Positions 58,116 through 64,000 of a stretch of 64,000 bases of DNA are shown piece by piece. Both the position numbers and the translations under genes were made by a program. Source of the stretch: the human T2T-CHM13v2.0 reference genome, Homo sapiens; NCBI RefSeq assembly GCF_009914755.1, contig NC_060934.1; one strand, 5' to 3'. Position 1 is the stretch's first letter. Every line of letters starts with the position of its first letter. The notes below the pieces were generated by a model. It saw only the letters and a program-made list of their open reading frames with translations. It was not told where the DNA came from and searched no databases.

Positions 58116-60611
58116 GTAAGGGCTGCCATCTGTCCGCGGGGAGGGCCTTTGCACCCTCCCTGCGAGGTGAGCTCCAGCTTCTTCACACCTCTGTGTCCCC
58201 GTCTGCACATGCGTGACGCTGCCACCCCGTCCACTGCTGACCCGTCAAGATCACCTCTCCCGCCACTGACGGGACAGGGCCTGGGGGCTGGTGTGGAGCG
58301 TGGCGTGAGCTGTCGCTGGGGCAGGGTCTGCAGACATGGTGCTCCACGGGGACCTGGCGTCTGGCAGAGCTGGTCCTCCTCCCACTTGCAGGAGGAGGCT
58401 TGCGGGAAAAGGGAGAAACCCCGTAGGTGCAATGAGGCCGCTCTCCGAGTGCGCCTCCCTCCGCTGCTCCCGTGCACTTGAACGTGGACGCCGCCCCACA
58501 CTCGGCCCCGGCACCTGAGGTGTCCGCTCTGGGGAGGCGACTCTGGGTGCTCCCAGCAGGGAGGGAGGGAGGTCAGGACTCTGGGCATGCTCCACCGTGG
58601 AGCTTTCCTCGCCAGCGGGGTTCCCTATGGGAGGGTTTGTGGATCCGTTGTGTCTGTGGGACTCAGCGGGGCCCTGGGGCAGGGTGAGCCGGTTCTTGGG
58701 GAGGCAGTGGCAGCCCCATGGGGGGCCGCCCAGGGAGCGCTCCATCTCCCCCACCTCCGACCCACACCGTGTCTGAGAGCCACCTGTGTCTCCTGCAGTG
58801 GGCAGCGGCTGTGGGCCACGGGCACTGTTGTTCCCGGGAGATGCTCCCTGCGTAGAAAATGGGAGGGGGAGGAGGAGGTGCGACCACCACCCTGGACTCA
58901 GGAGAGGGCGGCAGCTCCATCTTCACCCTTGACTCAGGAGGGGTCCGCAGCGAGGAGGAGGTGCGAAGGGGGCGGCGGCTCCGTCTTGCAGGTCCCCTGG
59001 GGCGTGTTCTTCAGGTGCGTGGTGGACGAGGCGGCGTCCTCGCGGGGTCGGGACCTGGGTACCCAGCAGCATCTGGCTCCTGCATCCACCAAGGGCGCCC
59101 AGGCACAGCCTCAGGCCAGAAGGTTCGCTGCAGAGGTTCATTCTAGAAGGAGCGGGAGACCAGCAGTCCCAGCCCTGTCCAAGGACGCCCGCTGCTTGGC
59201 ACACGAGGGCGCCGCAGGCCCACCATCCCTCAGGACATGGCTGCCGAGTCCCCAGAGACTTCTGGTCCCACAGCAAGAGCTGGAGCTCCAAGCATAACAT
59301 CTCTAACTGTGCGGCAAGGACAGCGCAGCCAGAGGTCGGGAGCTCCACAGCCTCCAGGGTCCCCCGAGGGCGGCTGGGGACAGGGAACGCCCCACAGCAC
59401 AACAACACACACGGCGTGGACATACGCACCTCCCCGCCATACGAACCTCCCCGCGGAGGCTTCCCGGCTGCCTCACTCCCACCCCCTGCGGGCCAGGCCT
59501 CACAGCAGGGGCAGGTGGACCATCCAGGCCATGCTAAGCCCCGAGCAGGTTCCCACAACAGGTCACAGAGGGGACGCCGGGTCAGGAGATGGGGGCCTGG
59601 GGAGCAAGGCCCCCCACAGCTGCCCTCGGTGACATCTGGGACTTGGACATCCATGGACGGCATCCCTGGATGGAGCCATTTCCTGGGTACTGGACCTGGA
59701 GGTGACTCGGAGCTTCTCCTGCTCCCAGCGTGTGTCCATGGGGGCGGTCAGGGTAGACAGGCCACACCGTCATCAGGGAGGGGCAGCCGGCCGCCAACGT
59801 GCAGACTGTGTCTCAGGCCTGTCGGCATGGCGGGGACAGAGGTGGGTGGGCGCCGCTCCGCTCGGGGGCTGACAAGCCACAGGCTCATTGTGGACAAGGC
59901 GTCTGTACAGCTCCGCACAGAAGACTTCTCAGCCAGTCCCGTCAGCCTCCCGGGATCAGGGAGTGAGCCTCGAATGCTAGATCAGAAAGGAAAACGTGTG
60001 AGTCAATTGGCCCCAAGCGTCACGTTGCACCAGGCAGAGCTGTCAGCCCCAGATGCTCGTGGAGGGCTGTCACCCAACCCTGCAGCTAACCCAGGGGTGG
60101 GGAAACCTGTGAGCAGAAACCTGTCCCCGCTGGAGCACCAGAAGCAATGCCTTCTTGAGCATGTTCAGTCAAGTGAGGAGAGGAGAGCGATGCCTTTGCA
60201 GGCTCCCTTGGGGGAGGTTACGGAGCGGGGACTTTGGGCCGAGGCCGCCAGCTCACAGGGCTCCTCTGAAGCGAGGCGGCTGTCATCCTCTCAGGATCCT
60301 CTCCCACCGCGTCTGCTCCGAGTGTGCAGTCTCCAGCGTGAGTTTGAAGGGTGTCAGGAAAGAGCTACTACCTAAACTTGCAGCCAGCAAGGGGCTTTTG
60401 TGCCCTAGTCCCCACTCCCAGCCCTGGACCACCAACCCCACACCCATGGGAAGCAGAGGGCCCCTCACCCACAGCCCGGCAGGTGCACTGTGCACCCTGC
60501 TCTGTGGTAGAGGAATTGCGACAATGTCCGTCCGAGTGTATTTTTGCCCAGTAAATGAGACGCGAGACGTTACTGTGCTGTCCCAGTGAGCATCTCCCTT
60601 CTCTCCAATTA

Positions 60612-61990
<1,379 letters not shown>

Positions 61991-62004
61991 ACACCCACAC
62001 ACCT

Positions 62005-64000
62005 GTGCTTCCCGCCTTCCCTCTCTACTTCCTTCTCTCTCTCCTTCCCTCTCTCTCCTTCCCTCTCTCTCTCCCTCTCCTTCCCTCTCCCTCCCTCTCT
62101 CTCTCCCTCTCCTTCCCTCTCTCTCCCCCTCTCCTTCCCTCTCTCTCCCCCTCTCCTTCCCTCTCTCTCTCTCCCCCTCTCCTTACCTCTCTCTCTCTCC
62201 CCCTCTCCTTCCCTCTCTCTCTCTCCCCCTCTCCTTCCCTCTCTCTCTCCCTCTCCTTCCCTCTCTCTCTCCCTCTCCTTCCCTCTCTCTCTCTCCCCCT
62301 CTCCTTCCCTCTCTCTCTCTCCCCCTCTCCTTCCCTCTCTCTCTCCCCCTCTCCTTCCCTCTCTCTCTCCCCCCCTCTCCTTCCCTCTCTCTCTCTCCCC
62401 CTCTCCTTCCCTCTCTCTCTCCCCCTCTCCTTCCCTCTCTCTCTCTCTCCCCCTCTCCTTCCCTCTCTCCCTCCCCCTCTCCTTCCCTCTCTCCTTCCCC
62501 CTCTCCTTCCCCCTCTCCTTCCCCCTCTCCCTCCCCCTCTCCTTCCCTCTCTCCCTCCCCATCTCCTTCCCTCTCTCCCTCTCCCCCTCTCCTTCCCTCT
62601 CTCTCCCTCTCCCTCCCTCTCTCTCCCTCTCCTTCCCTCTCTCTCTCCCCTTCCCTCTCTCTCTCCCCTTCCCTCTCTCTCCCCCTCTCCCTCCCTCTCT
62701 CTCCCTCTCCTTCCCTCTCTCTCTCTCTCCTTCCCTCTCTCTCTCCCCTTCCCTCTCTCTCTCCCCTTCCCTCTCTCTCTCTCCCCTTCCCTCTCTCTCT
62801 CTCCCCTTCCCTCTCTCTCTCTCCCCTTCCCTCTCTCTCTCCCCCTCTCCTTCCCTCTCCCTCTCTTACCCTTTCCTTCCCTCTCCTTCCCTCTCCATCC
62901 CTCTCCCTCTCCTTCCCTCTCCTTCCCTCTCCCTCTCTCCCCCCTCCTTCCCTCTCCCTCTCTCCCCCCTCCTTCCCTCTCCCTCTCTCCCCCCTCCTTC
63001 CCTCTCCCTCACTCCCCCCTCCTTCCCTCTCCCTCACTCCCCCCTCCTTCCCTCTCCCTCACTCCCCCCTCCTTCCCTCTCCCTCACTCCCCCCTCCTTC
63101 CCTCTCCCTCACTCCCCCCTCCTTCCCTCTCCCTCACTCCCCCCTCCTTCCCTCTCCCTCACTCCCCCCTCCTTCCCTCTCCCTCACTCCCCCCTCCTTC
63201 CCTCTCTCCCCCTCTCCCCCTCTCCCCCCCTCCCCCCCTCCCCCCTCTCCCCCTCTCTCCCCCCCTCCCCCCTCTCCCCCTCTCTCCCCCCCTCCCCCCT
63301 CCCCCCTCTCTCCCTCTCTCTCCCCCCCTCCCCCCTCCCCCCTCTCTCCCCCTCTCCCCCCCTCCCCCCTCCCCCCTCCCCCCCTCCCCCCTCCCCCTCC
63401 CCCCCTCCTTCCCTCTCTCTCCCTCTCCCCCTCCTACCCTCTCTCTCCCTCTCCCCCTCCTTCCCTCTCTCACCCCCTCCCCCTCCTTCCCTCTCTCTCT
63501 CCCTCCCCCTCCTTCCCTCTCTCTCTCCCCCTCCCCCTCCCCCTCCTTCCCTCTCTCTCTCCCCCTCCCCCTCCCCCTCCCCCTCCTTCCCTCTCTCCCC
63601 CTCCTTCCCTCTCTCTCCCCCTCCCCCTCCTTCTCCTTCCCTCTCTCTCCCCCTCCCCCTCCTTCTCCTTTCCTCTCTCTCTCCCCCTCCCCCTCCCCCT
63701 CCTTCTCCTTCCCTCTCTCTCTCCCCCTCCCCCTCCTTCCCTCTCTCTCTCCCCCTCCCCCTCCTTCCCTCTCTCTCTCCCCCTCCCCCTCCTTCCCTCT
63801 CTCTCTCCCCCTCCCCCTCCTTCCCTCTCTCTCCCCCTCCCCCTCCTTCCCTCTCTCTCTCCCCCTCCCCCTCCTTCCCTCTCTCTCTCCCCCTCCCCCT
63901 CCTTCCCTCTCTCTCTCCCCCTCCTTCCCTCTCTCTCTCCCCCTCCTTCCCTCTCTCTCCCCCTCCTTCCCTCTCTCTCTCCCCCTCCTTCCCTCTCTCT
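62005..64000. repeat. ~2-kb polypyrimidine (CT-rich) tract running off the window end
   Basis: ctccttccctctctctc units, almost no purines on the + strand. Confidence 0.97.

Noticed and set aside
57734-60375. Long ORFs of 236-319 aa on both strands (also 29098-29988)
   Set aside because: High-GC sequence, Pro/Gly/Arg/Ala-rich, mostly non-ATG starts, no recognisable domain.

Overview
Primate (human-type, Alu-containing) genomic DNA covering most of the + strand gene JAKMIP3 (NECC2; Janus kinase and microtubule interacting protein 3), a neuronal/neuroendocrine long coiled-coil protein with a short hydrophobic C-terminal tail. I traced 20 coding exons with canonical AG/GT boundaries from 5474 to the TAG at 56123-56125. 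They splice into one open 799-codon frame ([10 protein letters not shown]...FLFLFLFFSLAFILWS); the start codon lies upstream of the window. A 3' UTR exon follows from 57052. The introns hold Alus, old L1/L2/MIR fragments and many GC-rich minisatellites, typical of distal, subtelomere-proximal chromosome arms. No new biological system in the prokaryotic sense (CRISPR array, operon, RNA gene) is supported. The best leads are in splicing architecture: a 39-bp in-frame tandem repeat that triplicates a 5' splice site; membrane-tail codons that double as a polypyrimidine tract for a frame-switching acceptor opening a ~160-aa alternative C-terminus; all-phase-0 exons; a tandem donor; a candidate 30-nt microexon; and inverted Alus bracketing one exon. 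Gene identity and repeat families come from recognition, not a database search.
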